64,000 nt of DNA. Origin: an uncultured Tabrizicola sp. (GTDB lineage Bacteria > Pseudomonadota > Alphaproteobacteria > Rhodobacterales > Rhodobacteraceae). The notes beneath the pieces were generated by a model. It ran no database searches. It had not been told where the DNA came from and saw nothing but the letters and a program-made list of their open reading frames with translations. The stretch covers positions 212,846-276,845 of the forward strand of contig CAYMRX010000003.1 of assembly GCA_964393035.1 (NCBI GenBank), read 5' to 3'. The position numbers were made by a program, and so were the translations under genes. This document shows positions 35,593 to 46,076 of the stretch, piece after piece; the stretch's first letter is position 1; each line of letters starts with the position of its first letter.

Positions 35593-35793
35593 ATGGCAAA
35601 GACGATCCACTCCCCCACTTTGGCCGAAACCGCTTACGGACAAACGGCGCAGACCCCGATGGCCCGCATGATCGCCGGTTTCACAGGCTTTGCCGTTGCC
35701 CTTCTGATGATCCTTGCCACCGCGATCCCGGTTGAAGCGCATCGCAGCGTCTACGCCAAACCTGTCGAAGGCACGGCAAGCTGTTCGCAATAG
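35593..35793 (+). CDS. Small membrane protein (66 aa), hypothetical
   Basis: ATG preceded by GAGG. One TM helix (IAGFTGFAVALLMILATAIPV). A strong intrinsic terminator follows 26 nt after the stop. Confidence 0.45.
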   Translation: MAKTIHSPTLAETAYGQTAQTPMARMIAGFTGFAVALLMILATAIPVEAHRSVYAKPVEGTASCSQ

Positions 35794-35818
35794 GTGTCAG
35801 ACCCCCCTGACATCGGAG

Positions 35819-35860
35819 AGAGGGCGGAGGGGTGAGCAGCCTCTGCCCTCTTTTTCTTTT
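35819..35860 (+). terminator. Rho-independent terminator
   Basis: A 12-bp stem AGAGGGCGGAGG / CCTCTGCCCTCT (one G-U pair) with a 9-nt loop, followed by TTTTTCTTTT. Confidence 0.85.
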
Positions 35861-35885
35861 CTTCTATTCCCGCTAGGCCAGTGCC

Positions 35886-36522
35886 ATGGCCCCCACACCG
35901 CCAGATTTCAGCTTTGAAACTGCCGCCCTTGCGCGCGGCCTGTCACCGGTTTGTGGCGTTGATGAGGTTGGCCGCGGCCCCTTGGCTGGCCCCGTCACCG
36001 CCGCCGCCGTGATCCTTGATGCGGCCCGCATCCCGGCGGGTTTGGGCGACAGCAAAGCCCTGTCATCCGCAAAGCGGGAACGGCTTTTCGCTGAAATCAT
36101 GGCGACAGCGCAGGTGTCGGTTGCCCATGCAACGGTCGAGGAGATCGACAGCCTGAACATCCTGCGCGCCAGCCATCTTGCGATGGAGCGGGCCGTGGCG
36201 GGTCTGCCCATGCCCCCGGCCCATGCGCTGATCGACGGCAATCTCATTCCCGCCGGGTTGAAGGGCCGGGCCGAAGCCATTGTGAAGGGGGATGCCAAAT
36301 CACTCTCAATTGCCGCCGCCTCCATCATCGCCAAAGTCACGCGCGACCGCCTCATGGTGGATTTGGCGCAACAGCACCCCGGTTATGGCTGGGAAGGGAA
36401 CGCCGGCTATCCGACCAAAGAGCATTTGGCGGCGCTCCTAAATCTTGGTGTAACCCCTTGGCATAGACGTTCGTTCAAGCCTGTCCACAATATCTTGTAT
36501 CAAGAACTTTCTATAAGTGGTT

Positions 36523-36524
<2 letters not shown>
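35886..36524 (+). CDS. rnhB: Ribonuclease HII
   Basis: 212 aa. Catalytic motif [14 protein letters not shown] and DSK. Confidence 0.93.
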
Positions 36525-37737
<1,213 letters not shown>

Positions 37738-37820
37738 CCTGTTCAGGGTGGGCAACCTGCCCCCCTCTTTCCCCCACATAAAGTTTACGCCTGTGCCGTG
37801 GTCCGCCTGCGGCACAACTA

Positions 37821-37856
37821 GCCCCGGCATGATCTTTTTCATGCCGGGGCCTTTTC
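37821..37856. terminator. Bidirectional intrinsic terminator between convergent ccrM and alkB
   Basis: A 12-bp perfect stem GCCCCGGCATGA / TCATGCCGGGGC with a 6-nt T-rich loop, then CTTTTC. Confidence 0.8.
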
Positions 37857-38946
37857 AGTGCAGATCTTTCCACTCGGTCACGGCGGGATAAAACTGCCGC
37901 CGCCACGCCCTGACCCGCGGGTTCATCCGCCGCCGCCACAGGGGTGGCAACATCGCCATGGTCGCCATCGCCGGATAGCCGAACGGCAGCATCGGCGCCT
38001 CACTTTCCGGATAGGTTTGCAGCAAGGGAAACCGCCGATCCGGTTTGTAGTGATGATCCGAATGGCGTTGCAGGTTGATCAAGAGCCAATTCGACACCCG
38101 CTGCGGCGCGTTCCAACTGTGATGCGGGCGAACCGGCTCATACTTGCCATTCGGCAACTTCTGCCGCACCAGCCCGTAATGCTCGACGTAATTGGTCAGC
38201 TCCAACTGCCAAACGGCAAAAAAGGCCTGCAAGACAAACAGCCCAACGCCATAGCTGCCCCCCACCGCAAAGGCCGCCAGAAGGGCCAGAGCCTGCAAGG
38301 CACCATAGCGCCAGAACGGGTTGGAGCGATGCCACACCGGGCGGCCCACCTTGGCCAGCTTTTCCGCCTCGGCGCGCCATGCCGACCGCGGGCAGGCAAA
38401 CAGCACCCGCCAGAAAAAGCGATGGAACCCCTCGTTATAGCGTGCCGATACGGCGTCGCGCGGCGTGCCGACATGGATGTGATGCACCAGCAAATGTTCC
38501 GTGCGGAAATGGCTGTAAAGCACGGTCGCCAGCAATAAGTCACCCAGCCAACGCTCGCCACGATTGCCCTGATGCAAAAGCTCGTGGGCATAGACAATGC
38601 CGATGGTGCCCGAGGCAACCCCCACGCCGAACATCAGCGCACCGACCTCCAGCCAGCCCATATCGGCCCGCACCACCCACCAGATGGCCCCATAGATGAT
38701 TGCCGCCTGCACCGGAAACCAGATCAGCGTGATCAGCCGATACCAGAACAACTCACGCTCATCCGTCCGCGGGTCGGGGTTTTCTTCGTTCAACCCCAAG
38801 AGAAGATCCAGCACCGTGACCAGCGCCCAAGCGTAAAGTGGCATCAACACCACCGTCCAACCGCCAAGGGTCACCCCGATCACCGCCAAAGGCACCAGCC
38901 CAAGCGAGAGCCAGAACGGCATGGCAGCGCGAAACGTCTTGGACAT
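37855..38946 (-). CDS. alkB: Alkane 1-monooxygenase (AlkB-type integral-membrane diiron hydroxylase)
   Basis: Start at the internal ATG (MSKTFRAAMPFW). His boxes HELLHQ, EHLLVHH and LQRHSDHH, plus NYVEHYG. Confidence 0.87.
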   Translation of the reverse strand: MSKTFRAAMPFWLSLGLVPLAVIGVTLGGWTVVLMPLYAWALVTVLDLLLGLNEENPDPRTDERELFWYRLITLIWFPVQAAIIYGAIWWVVRADMGWLEVGALMFGVGVASGTIGIVYAHELLHQGNRGERWLGDLLLATVLYSHFRTEHLLVHHIHVGTPRDAVSARYNEGFHRFFWRVLFACPRSAWRAEAEKLAKVGRPVWHRSNPFWRYGALQALALLAAFAVGGSYGVGLFVLQAFFAVWQLELTNYVEHYGLVRQKLPNGKYEPVRPHHSWNAPQRVSNWLLINLQRHSDHHYKPDRRFPLLQTYPESEAPMLPFGYPAMATMAMLPPLWRRRMNPRVRAWRRQFYPAVTEWKDLH

Positions 38947-38989
38947 AGGGAAACTCCACTTTCTCACCAGCTTAGGCCGGGATGGGGCG

Positions 38990-40036
38990 TCACTCAACCG
39001 CGCGAAGGGTCGCAGCATCCCAAGCCTTGCGCATCAGCGTTGGCAGATCATCGGCGCGAAAATCGGCCATAAACCCGCCGCGCTGTGGATTGCCCGCGCC
39101 TGTCGCCGCCTTTACTTGCAAGATCAGATGAAAGTGCGTGAAGGTGTGCCGCACCTCGCCCATATCGCGCCACTCTGCCGCCAAGGGGGCCTCACCGCCC
39201 GCGCCATCCCAAGCGTCACCGGGAAAGCCGAGCATGCCGCCCAAAAGCCCCCGCTCGGGCCGCCGCTCCAGCAGCACCGCCCCATCTGGCCGCCGCAAGA
39301 CCCAGACCACACCTTGCCGCACCGGCTTTGCCGACTTTGGAAGTTTTCGCGGCAACGCCGCCGCAATCCCCACGCTTTGCCCGGCGCAAAGCCCGATCAA
39401 GGGGCAAATCGCACAAGCCGGACTGCGCGGCGTGCAAATCGTCGCCCCCAGATCCATCATCGCCTGCGCATGATCGCCGGGCCGCAACTGGGGCGTCAAA
39501 AGCCCCGCCAGCCGCACCAGATCGGGCTTTGCCGCGGGCAGCGGGGTTTCCACCGCGAAAAGCCGGGCGCAGACCCGCTCGACATTGCCATCAACCACCA
39601 CAGCCGGTTCATCAAAGGCAATCGAAGCCACCGCCGCCGCCGTATAGGGCCCCACCCCCGGCAAGCTGCGCAACCCCTCGGCCGTTTGGGGGAACCTCCC
39701 GCCGTGATCGCGCACGACCGCCCGCGCACAGGCAAGCAAATTTCGCGCCCGCGCGTAATAACCAAGCCCGGCCCATTCCCCCATGACCTCGGCATCTTCT
39801 GCCGCCGCCAAATCCTCGACCCGCGGCCAACGGGTCAGAAACCGCCGGAAATAGTCCCGCACCGTAGCCACGGTGGTCTGCTGCAACATCACCTCGGAAA
39901 GCCAGACATGATAAGGCTCAGGCCGCACCCCCGCCGCCCGCTCCGCAGGGCCGACACGCCACGGCATCAGGCGGGCATGGGTGTCATACCAGCGCAAAAG
40001 CCGCCGGCCAGCCTCCTCACAATCCATCTCACGCAA
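38990..40036 (-). CDS. mutY: A/G-specific adenine DNA glycosylase MutY
   Basis: 348 aa. HhH-GPD region, 4Fe-4S motif CTPRSPACAICPLIGLC, and a NUDIX-like C-terminal domain. Confidence 0.92.
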   Translation of the reverse strand: MREMDCEEAGRRLLRWYDTHARLMPWRVGPAERAAGVRPEPYHVWLSEVMLQQTTVATVRDYFRRFLTRWPRVEDLAAAEDAEVMGEWAGLGYYARARNLLACARAVVRDHGGRFPQTAEGLRSLPGVGPYTAAAVASIAFDEPAVVVDGNVERVCARLFAVETPLPAAKPDLVRLAGLLTPQLRPGDHAQAMMDLGATICTPRSPACAICPLIGLCAGQSVGIAAALPRKLPKSAKPVRQGVVWVLRRPDGAVLLERRPERGLLGGMLGFPGDAWDGAGGEAPLAAEWRDMGEVRHTFTHFHLILQVKAATGAGNPQRGGFMADFRADDLPTLMRKAWDAATLRAVE

Positions 40037-40107
40037 GATTTACCCCGGTCCTTCCCAGCCCACTTTCGTTCTTAAAACTCATAACCATTTGACTAAAATT
40101 GCCTTTC

Positions 40108-40156
40108 ATCTTGGCAATAAATACCCCACGGGGGTCCGGGGGGAGGAGCCCCCCGG
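40108..40156. repeat. Intergenic REP-like element: CTTGGCAATAAATACCCC followed by GC hairpin CCGGGGGG-AGGAG-CCCCCCGG
   Basis: An 8-bp perfect GC stem lies at 40136-40156. The 5' AT-rich box resembles the one at 53391-53408. Confidence 0.35.
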
Positions 40157-40230
40157 CGGCCAGACCCATGCAACAGGCTTCCCTTTCCGCCCGCCGCCCG
40201 TAGAATAGCGCCAATTCCGGACAGGACCAG

Positions 40231-40761
40231 ATGGCCCGTACACCCGCCCCTCCGCCAACCCGCCGCCAGCGCGGCTTTGAACCCACCGGTGGGCTATTAA
40301 AACAGCAGATCCGCAGCGCCGGGGAATCGCGGGGCTTTGCCGTGGCGCGGCTTCTGACCCATTGGGCAGAAGTGGCCGGTGAAGACCTTGCGCACGTCAC
40401 CCGACCCGTCAAGGTCGGTTACGGGCGCGAGGGCATGGGGGCGACGCTGACCCTTCTGACCACCGGCGCCATGGCCCCGATGGTCGAGATGCAAAAGGAA
40501 CGTCTGCGCGAACGGGTGAACGCCGTCTATGGCTATGCCGCCATCTCGCACATCCGCTTGACCCAAACCGCCGCCACCGGCTTTGCCGAGGGCCAGGCCG
40601 AATTCATCCCGGCCCCCAAGGCTGCGCCGAAACCCGACCCGCAGGTTCTGGCCAAGGCCGCCGAAACCACCGCCCCGGTGCAAGATCCCGCCCTGCGCGC
40701 CGCCCTTGAGGCCATGGCGCAAAATATTCTGACCCGACGCACTCCAAAAAAAGGCGCATGA
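40231..40761 (+). CDS. DUF721 (DciA-like) domain protein
   Basis: 176 aa. Conserved W..VAGE.LA..T.P pattern (HWAEVAGEDLAHVTRPVKV). Typically divergent from mutY in alphaproteobacteria. Confidence 0.78.
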   Translation: MARTPAPPPTRRQRGFEPTGGLLKQQIRSAGESRGFAVARLLTHWAEVAGEDLAHVTRPVKVGYGREGMGATLTLLTTGAMAPMVEMQKERLRERVNAVYGYAAISHIRLTQTAATGFAEGQAEFIPAPKAAPKPDPQVLAKAAETTAPVQDPALRAALEAMAQNILTRRTPKKGA

Positions 40762-41387
40762 CCATGAAAACCACCCTTGCCTCCGGCCTGATGGCCCTCA
40801 CGCTGGCCTTTGGCCTTGGCGGCGGCGCCGTCGCACAGGAAACCGCCCCGGCGGCGGCGGTCGAACTCAAGGATTTCTCGATCGGCGCGCCGGATGCCAA
40901 GGTGCAAATGACCGAATACGCCTCGTTCACCTGCCCGCATTGCGCCAATTTCCATGACACCGTGTTCAAGGCGTTGAAGGCCGATTACATCGACACCGGC
41001 AAGGTGCATTTCACCTATCGCGAAGTGTATTTCGACCGCCCCGGCCTTTGGGCCGCAATGATCGCCCGCTGCGGCGGTGACATGCGCTATTTCGGGATTT
41101 CCGACATCCTGTTCGATACCCAAAAAGAATGGTCAGCCTCGGATGATCCGGCTGTCATCATGGGAAACCTGAAAAAGATTGGCCGCACCGCAGGCATGAA
41201 TGACGCCGCGATGGACACCTGCATGACAGACGCAGCCACCGCGCAGGCGATGATCGACCGGTCCGAGGCAAACATGAAGGCCGACGCTGTCAATGGCACC
41301 CCGACCTTGATGATTAACGGCGTGCAACATTCCAACATGTCTTACGACGAGCTGAAAACAATCCTCGATACAGAGCTGGCCAAGTAA
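40758..41387 (+). CDS. DsbA-family thiol:disulfide oxidoreductase
   Basis: 209 aa. Signal peptide and CPHC active site (FTCPHCANF). Confidence 0.88.
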   Translation: MTMKTTLASGLMALTLAFGLGGGAVAQETAPAAAVELKDFSIGAPDAKVQMTEYASFTCPHCANFHDTVFKALKADYIDTGKVHFTYREVYFDRPGLWAAMIARCGGDMRYFGISDILFDTQKEWSASDDPAVIMGNLKKIGRTAGMNDAAMDTCMTDAATAQAMIDRSEANMKADAVNGTPTLMINGVQHSNMSYDELKTILDTELAK

Positions 41388-42515
41388 ATGAACACCCCAC
41401 TTGCCGGCATCAAGGTTGTCGAACTCGCCCGTATTCTGGCTGGCCCCTGGGCCGGTCAGACCCTTGCCGATCTCGGTGCGGACGTCATCAAGGTAGAAGC
41501 CCCCGAAGGCGACGACACCCGCCGCTGGGGCCCGCCCTTCATTGATCGCGACGGCGAGAAATCGGCGGCCTATTTCCACGCCACCAACCGCGGCAAGCGC
41601 GGCATCACCTGCGATTTTCGCACGCCCGAGGGGCAGGAAACCGTGCGCCGTCTGGTCGCCGATGCCGATGTTCTGATCGAGAATTTCAAGGTCGGCGGCC
41701 TGACGAAATACGGGCTGGACTATGAAAGCCTGAAAAAGGTGAACCCCCGGCTGATCTATTGCTCGATCACCGGGTTCGGCCAGACCGGCCCCTATGCCCA
41801 CCGCGCGGGCTATGACTTCATCATTCAGGGCATGGCCGGATTGATGAGCGTCACCGGCGAACCGGATGGCCAGCCGCAAAAGGTCGGCGTGGCGGTGACG
41901 GATGTGTTCACCGGCGTTTATGGCGCGACGGCCATTCTCGCCGCCCTCGTGCAGCGCGGCCGCACGGGCGAAGGCCAGCATATCGACATGGCGCTTTTGG
42001 ATGTGGCGATCAGCATCATGGCCAATCAGGCGATGAACTTCCTTGTGTCGGGCAAGCCGCCCACCATGATGGGCAATGCGCACCCGAACCTTGCCCCCTA
42101 TGCGGTCTTTGATTGCGCCGATGGCTGGATCATCCTTGCGACCGGCAATGACGCGCAATACCAGCGGCTTTGCGCCATTCTGGGCTTGGACGACATGGCA
42201 AAGGCCTCGGACTTCCTGACCAACGCCGACCGCATCGCCAACCGGACGGAAATGACTGCCCGGATCACCGAGGCGACCAAGCGTTGGGCCAAGGCCGATC
42301 TTTTACAGGCCTGCGAAGATCAGGGCGTGCCGGCCGGGCCGATCAACAATCTGGCCGAGGTGTTTGACGACCCGCAGGTGCAGGCCCGCGGGATGAAGAT
42401 CACCCCCGGCGGCCTGCCCGGCGTGCGCAGCCCGATGACTTTTTCGGGCGCCGATTTGTCGCTGGATCGTCCCGCACCAAAACTGGGGCAGCATCAGGAC
42501 GAGATCTTGGGCTAA
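41388..42515 (+). CDS. Family III CoA-transferase (CaiB/BaiF family)
   Basis: 375 aa. N-terminal GIKVVELARILAGPWAGQTLADLGADVIKVE pattern. Confidence 0.9.
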   Translation: MNTPLAGIKVVELARILAGPWAGQTLADLGADVIKVEAPEGDDTRRWGPPFIDRDGEKSAAYFHATNRGKRGITCDFRTPEGQETVRRLVADADVLIENFKVGGLTKYGLDYESLKKVNPRLIYCSITGFGQTGPYAHRAGYDFIIQGMAGLMSVTGEPDGQPQKVGVAVTDVFTGVYGATAILAALVQRGRTGEGQHIDMALLDVAISIMANQAMNFLVSGKPPTMMGNAHPNLAPYAVFDCADGWIILATGNDAQYQRLCAILGLDDMAKASDFLTNADRIANRTEMTARITEATKRWAKADLLQACEDQGVPAGPINNLAEVFDDPQVQARGMKITPGGLPGVRSPMTFSGADLSLDRPAPKLGQHQDEILG

Positions 42516-43030
42516 CGGAACAGCCGCACCACCAGAACCTGACCGTCGATGTGCAAGGCGTCTTCGGTCAGGATCAGATCCTGCGTAGCCATGGTGTGGC
42601 CATTCACCTGCGAGACGGCCAACGCATATACGGCCAGCATCCCGCCTGCGGGAATTTGCGCGGCCCCTGTAACCACCGCCACTTCCGGGCGTGGCAAGGC
42701 GCGATCCGTCATCACGTTGAAATCATCCGACGGGGCGGTAACGCCGCCGGCCCGCACCGGCACATCCCCGGCAAAAGCCACGGGGATCAGCGGGCGGGCA
42801 GGCAGATGCAGCCCGTCGCCGACCAGATCAAACCCCGGCCCGGTCAAGACGGTCAGGTTCCGCTCCACCCCCGGAAAGATCGAGAAATCGCCGTTCTCCA
42901 CCACCGAAGCGCGCGAAAGCCGCCATTCCAGCCGCCCGCCTTCCACGGTTTTCAGCATTTCAATCGTCGTGCCCTTGCCATTGGCCCAAGGCATCACGGT
43001 GTAATCAACAGGGGTCAGATGGCGCATCAT
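42512..43030 (-). CDS. HutD/Ves-family protein
   Basis: 172 aa. N-terminal ...MPWANGKGTTIE... motif. Confidence 0.75.
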   Translation of the reverse strand: MMRHLTPVDYTVMPWANGKGTTIEMLKTVEGGRLEWRLSRASVVENGDFSIFPGVERNLTVLTGPGFDLVGDGLHLPARPLIPVAFAGDVPVRAGGVTAPSDDFNVMTDRALPRPEVAVVTGAAQIPAGGMLAVYALAVSQVNGHTMATQDLILTEDALHIDGQVLVVRLFR

Positions 43031-44187
43031 TCGGCGACTTGCGGTCCTAGGAGGGGGGAAGGGTCGGTCGGCTTCAGTTCTTCGAAGTCGAAATTGTCCA
43101 ACCGCGCAGCCCGTTTGCCCGCGCGTTCGGCGGCGGTGGAAATCCCGTCAAGGTCTTGGCGGGCCTGATTGAAATGGGTGTTCAGCTTGTCCACCCGCTC
43201 CACCACGATCTCCACATCGCGGTGCAACTGGCGCAGCGCGGTGCGAATGGCCCCGGCTTGTTCGCGCATCCGGGCATCTTTCAAAACCGCGCGCATGGTG
43301 TTCAGCGTCGCCATGCAGGTGGTGGGCGAGACGATCCAGACGCGGGCCGCGAAGCCTTCGCGCACCACTTCGGGGAAATTCGCGTGCAACTCGGCATAGA
43401 CGGCTTCCGAGGGCAGAAACATCAGCGCGCCATCGGCGGTTTCGCCCTCAAGGATATATTTCTCGGCGATCGCCTTGATATGCGCCCGCACCGCACCGCG
43501 CAAAAGGGTCTGGGCTTCCTGCACCATGCGCGGATTGTCAGCCCGGCGCAGGGCCTCATAGGCCTCCAGCGGAAATTTCGCGTCGATCACAATGGGACCG
43601 GGCGGGTTGGGCAGGTGGATCAGACAATCGGCCCGCTTGCCGTTCGAAAGCGTTGCCTGCATCGTATAGGCGTCAGCGGGCAGCGCCTTTTGTACGATGT
43701 CATTCAACTGGATTTCACCAAAAGCCCCGCGCGCCTGTTTATTGGCCAGAATATCCTGCAAGTTCAGTACATTGCCGGACAGCTTCTCGATATTGGTCTG
43801 CGCCTTGTCGATGGTTTCCAGCCGCTGCTGCAACTCGCCCAAAGACCGCGCCGTGCGCGTTGCCGTGCCTTGCAGGCTTTCCCCCATCTGCCGCGTGACC
43901 TCAGCCAGACGTTGCTCCATCACCTTCAGCATCGCGGTCTGGCTGACCGCCTGATTTTCCGACACATGATGCAGCCCGCCCGCAAGCCGCTCCTGCCCTT
44001 CGGACAGGGACTGCACCCGTTGCGACATCCAGGACATTTCGCGCAGCAACGGTTCGGCGGATCGCGCCGACCGCCCGGCGCTGCGCAGCGTCAGCAACAG
44101 CAACCCGACAAGCAGCACAAGCAGCCCGCCGACCAGCAAAACCTCGGGAGAGTTCCACGCATAGCTCTGGCCAAACAGCGTCATCAT
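43027..44187 (-). CDS. rmuC: DNA recombination protein RmuC
   Basis: 386 aa. N-terminal TM, coiled-coil and a C-terminal RmuC nuclease-like domain (IVIDAKFPLEAY...). Confidence 0.88.
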   Translation of the reverse strand: MMTLFGQSYAWNSPEVLLVGGLLVLLVGLLLLTLRSAGRSARSAEPLLREMSWMSQRVQSLSEGQERLAGGLHHVSENQAVSQTAMLKVMEQRLAEVTRQMGESLQGTATRTARSLGELQQRLETIDKAQTNIEKLSGNVLNLQDILANKQARGAFGEIQLNDIVQKALPADAYTMQATLSNGKRADCLIHLPNPPGPIVIDAKFPLEAYEALRRADNPRMVQEAQTLLRGAVRAHIKAIAEKYILEGETADGALMFLPSEAVYAELHANFPEVVREGFAARVWIVSPTTCMATLNTMRAVLKDARMREQAGAIRTALRQLHRDVEIVVERVDKLNTHFNQARQDLDGISTAAERAGKRAARLDNFDFEELKPTDPSPLLGPQVAE

Positions 44188-46028
44188 CTGCGGCCGAACA
44201 ACCGTTCAATATCGTGAAGCTGCAACTCCACATAGGTCGGGCGCCCATGGTTGCACTGGCCGGAATGCGGCGTCGCCTCCATCTCGCGCAGCAGAGCGTT
44301 CATCTCATCAGGGCGAAGCGCGCGGCCCGAACGGACCGAGCCATGGCAGGCCATGCGGGACAGGATCGCCTCGATCTTGGCCTGCACCGTATCGCTACGG
44401 CCAAGATCGACGAGTTCGTCCAGCACGTCGCGGATAAGTGCCGCGGCGGAAACCGTGCCCAGAATGGCCGGGGTTTCGCGCAGGGCCACGGCAGAACCGC
44501 CAAAGGGTTCGATGGTCAAGCCAAGGTTGGAAAGGGCGGACGCATGCGACAGAAGAAGCGCCGCATCGCCGGCAGAAAGCTCCACGATTTCCGGGATCAA
44601 CAGCGCCTGCGCCTTGACCCCGGTTTCCGCCATCTGCCGTTTCAGCCGTTCATAAACCAACCGCTCATGCGCGGCGTGCTGGTCGACGATCACCATGCCA
44701 CGCGCGGTTTGGGCCACGATATAGTTGCCATGCAACTGCGCCTTGGCCGCGCCCAAGGGATAGGTCGCGTCGTCGGCCTGAGGCTGCGTTTCGGCGGGTT
44801 CCATTCTGGCTTGCGGCATTTCGGCAAAACCACAGGCCTCGCCCGTGGCTTCGGGGGCTTGCCATGTCGCGGCGCGGGCAAAGCTGGCCTGTGAAGGACG
44901 GTCCATCTGATAGATGCGCGGGGCCTCGGGGCGCATGGCGGCCAGCGTCGCATCGGCCACAGTGGTCGACGCCCGATGCCCCGCCCCCGAAAGCGCGGTG
45001 CGAAGGCCCGTAATGATCAGGCTGCGGGCGGCTTCGGGTTCGCGAAAGCGCACCTCGGATTTCGCCGGATGCACGTTCACATCGACCCGTTCGGGGTCGC
45101 AGATCAGATTCAGCACGGCAGCGGGGTGGCGGTCGCGCGACAGGAAGTCAAAATAAGCCACCCTGAGCGCGCCCAAGAGCATCCGGTCCAAAACCGGACG
45201 GCCGTTCACAAACACGAATTGCTGCACTGACGAGCCGCGCGAATAGGTTGGCAAGGCAGCGTAGCCGGTCAGATGCAGGCCATCACGCTCGATGTCGATC
45301 TTCAGCGCATTGGCGGTGAATTCAGCACCCAAAACCCCCGTCAGCCGCCCATGCAGCGCGTCAAAGAAATCCCCTGACTGCGGATCGGCGCGGAAGATCA
45401 CCCGTGGCGCCTCCCCCTCTGCCACCTCGGACAAGGTAAAGCCGACAGAAGGCTCGGCCATCGCCAGACGGCGGACCACCTCGGCAATCGCCTGCGCCTC
45501 GGCCCGGTCGGAGCGCAGGAACTTCAGCCGTGCGGGCGTGGCATAAAACAGATCGCGCAGTTCAATGACGGTGCCCTTTTGCGCCGCTGCCGGGCGGGGG
45601 CCAGACAGACGCCCCCCGGCCACGGTGATCTGCGCGCCATCGCCACCCTCAATCCGGCTGGTGATGGTCAACCGACCGACCGATCCGAGCGAGGCGAGCG
45701 CCTCACCGCGAAAGCCGAAGGAGCGGATGTTGAGAAGATCAGAACCATCAATCTTTGATGTCGCATGGCGAGCGACGGCCAAGGGCAAATCATCCGCCGT
45801 CATGCCGCAGCCGTCATCCGTCACCCGGATCAACACCTTGCCGCCCGCCGCATAGTCCACGGCGATCCGGCGCGCGCCTGCATCCAGCGCGTTTTCCACC
45901 AGCTCCTTGACGGCAGAGGCGGGACGTTCCACCACCTCACCCGCCGCGATGCGGTTGATCGCCGCCTCGTCCAAGGGGCGGATCACAGGGCGCGAAGCAC
46001 CAGATATATTGGGGGCGTGCAGCGTCAT
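44184..46028 (-). CDS. mutL: DNA mismatch repair protein MutL
   Basis: 614 aa. GHKL ATPase motifs (VKELVENALDAG, DDGCGM, GFRGEALAS). Confidence 0.95.
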   Translation of the reverse strand: MTLHAPNISGASRPVIRPLDEAAINRIAAGEVVERPASAVKELVENALDAGARRIAVDYAAGGKVLIRVTDDGCGMTADDLPLAVARHATSKIDGSDLLNIRSFGFRGEALASLGSVGRLTITSRIEGGDGAQITVAGGRLSGPRPAAAQKGTVIELRDLFYATPARLKFLRSDRAEAQAIAEVVRRLAMAEPSVGFTLSEVAEGEAPRVIFRADPQSGDFFDALHGRLTGVLGAEFTANALKIDIERDGLHLTGYAALPTYSRGSSVQQFVFVNGRPVLDRMLLGALRVAYFDFLSRDRHPAAVLNLICDPERVDVNVHPAKSEVRFREPEAARSLIITGLRTALSGAGHRASTTVADATLAAMRPEAPRIYQMDRPSQASFARAATWQAPEATGEACGFAEMPQARMEPAETQPQADDATYPLGAAKAQLHGNYIVAQTARGMVIVDQHAAHERLVYERLKRQMAETGVKAQALLIPEIVELSAGDAALLLSHASALSNLGLTIEPFGGSAVALRETPAILGTVSAAALIRDVLDELVDLGRSDTVQAKIEAILSRMACHGSVRSGRALRPDEMNALLREMEATPHSGQCNHGRPTYVELQLHDIERLFGRR

Positions 46029-46076
46029 ACCCCCAAGTCTAGCAGCAAGGTCAGGCCAAGGCCACAGATTCGCGGC

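Noticed and set aside
40072-40086. CtrA-box-like sequence TTAAAACTCATAACC in the mutY/DUF721 spacer
   Set aside because: Only the first half-site matches TTAA-N7-TTAAC; the second half is AACC (or TAAC at N6 spacing). This is too weak to call without a species-specific matrix.
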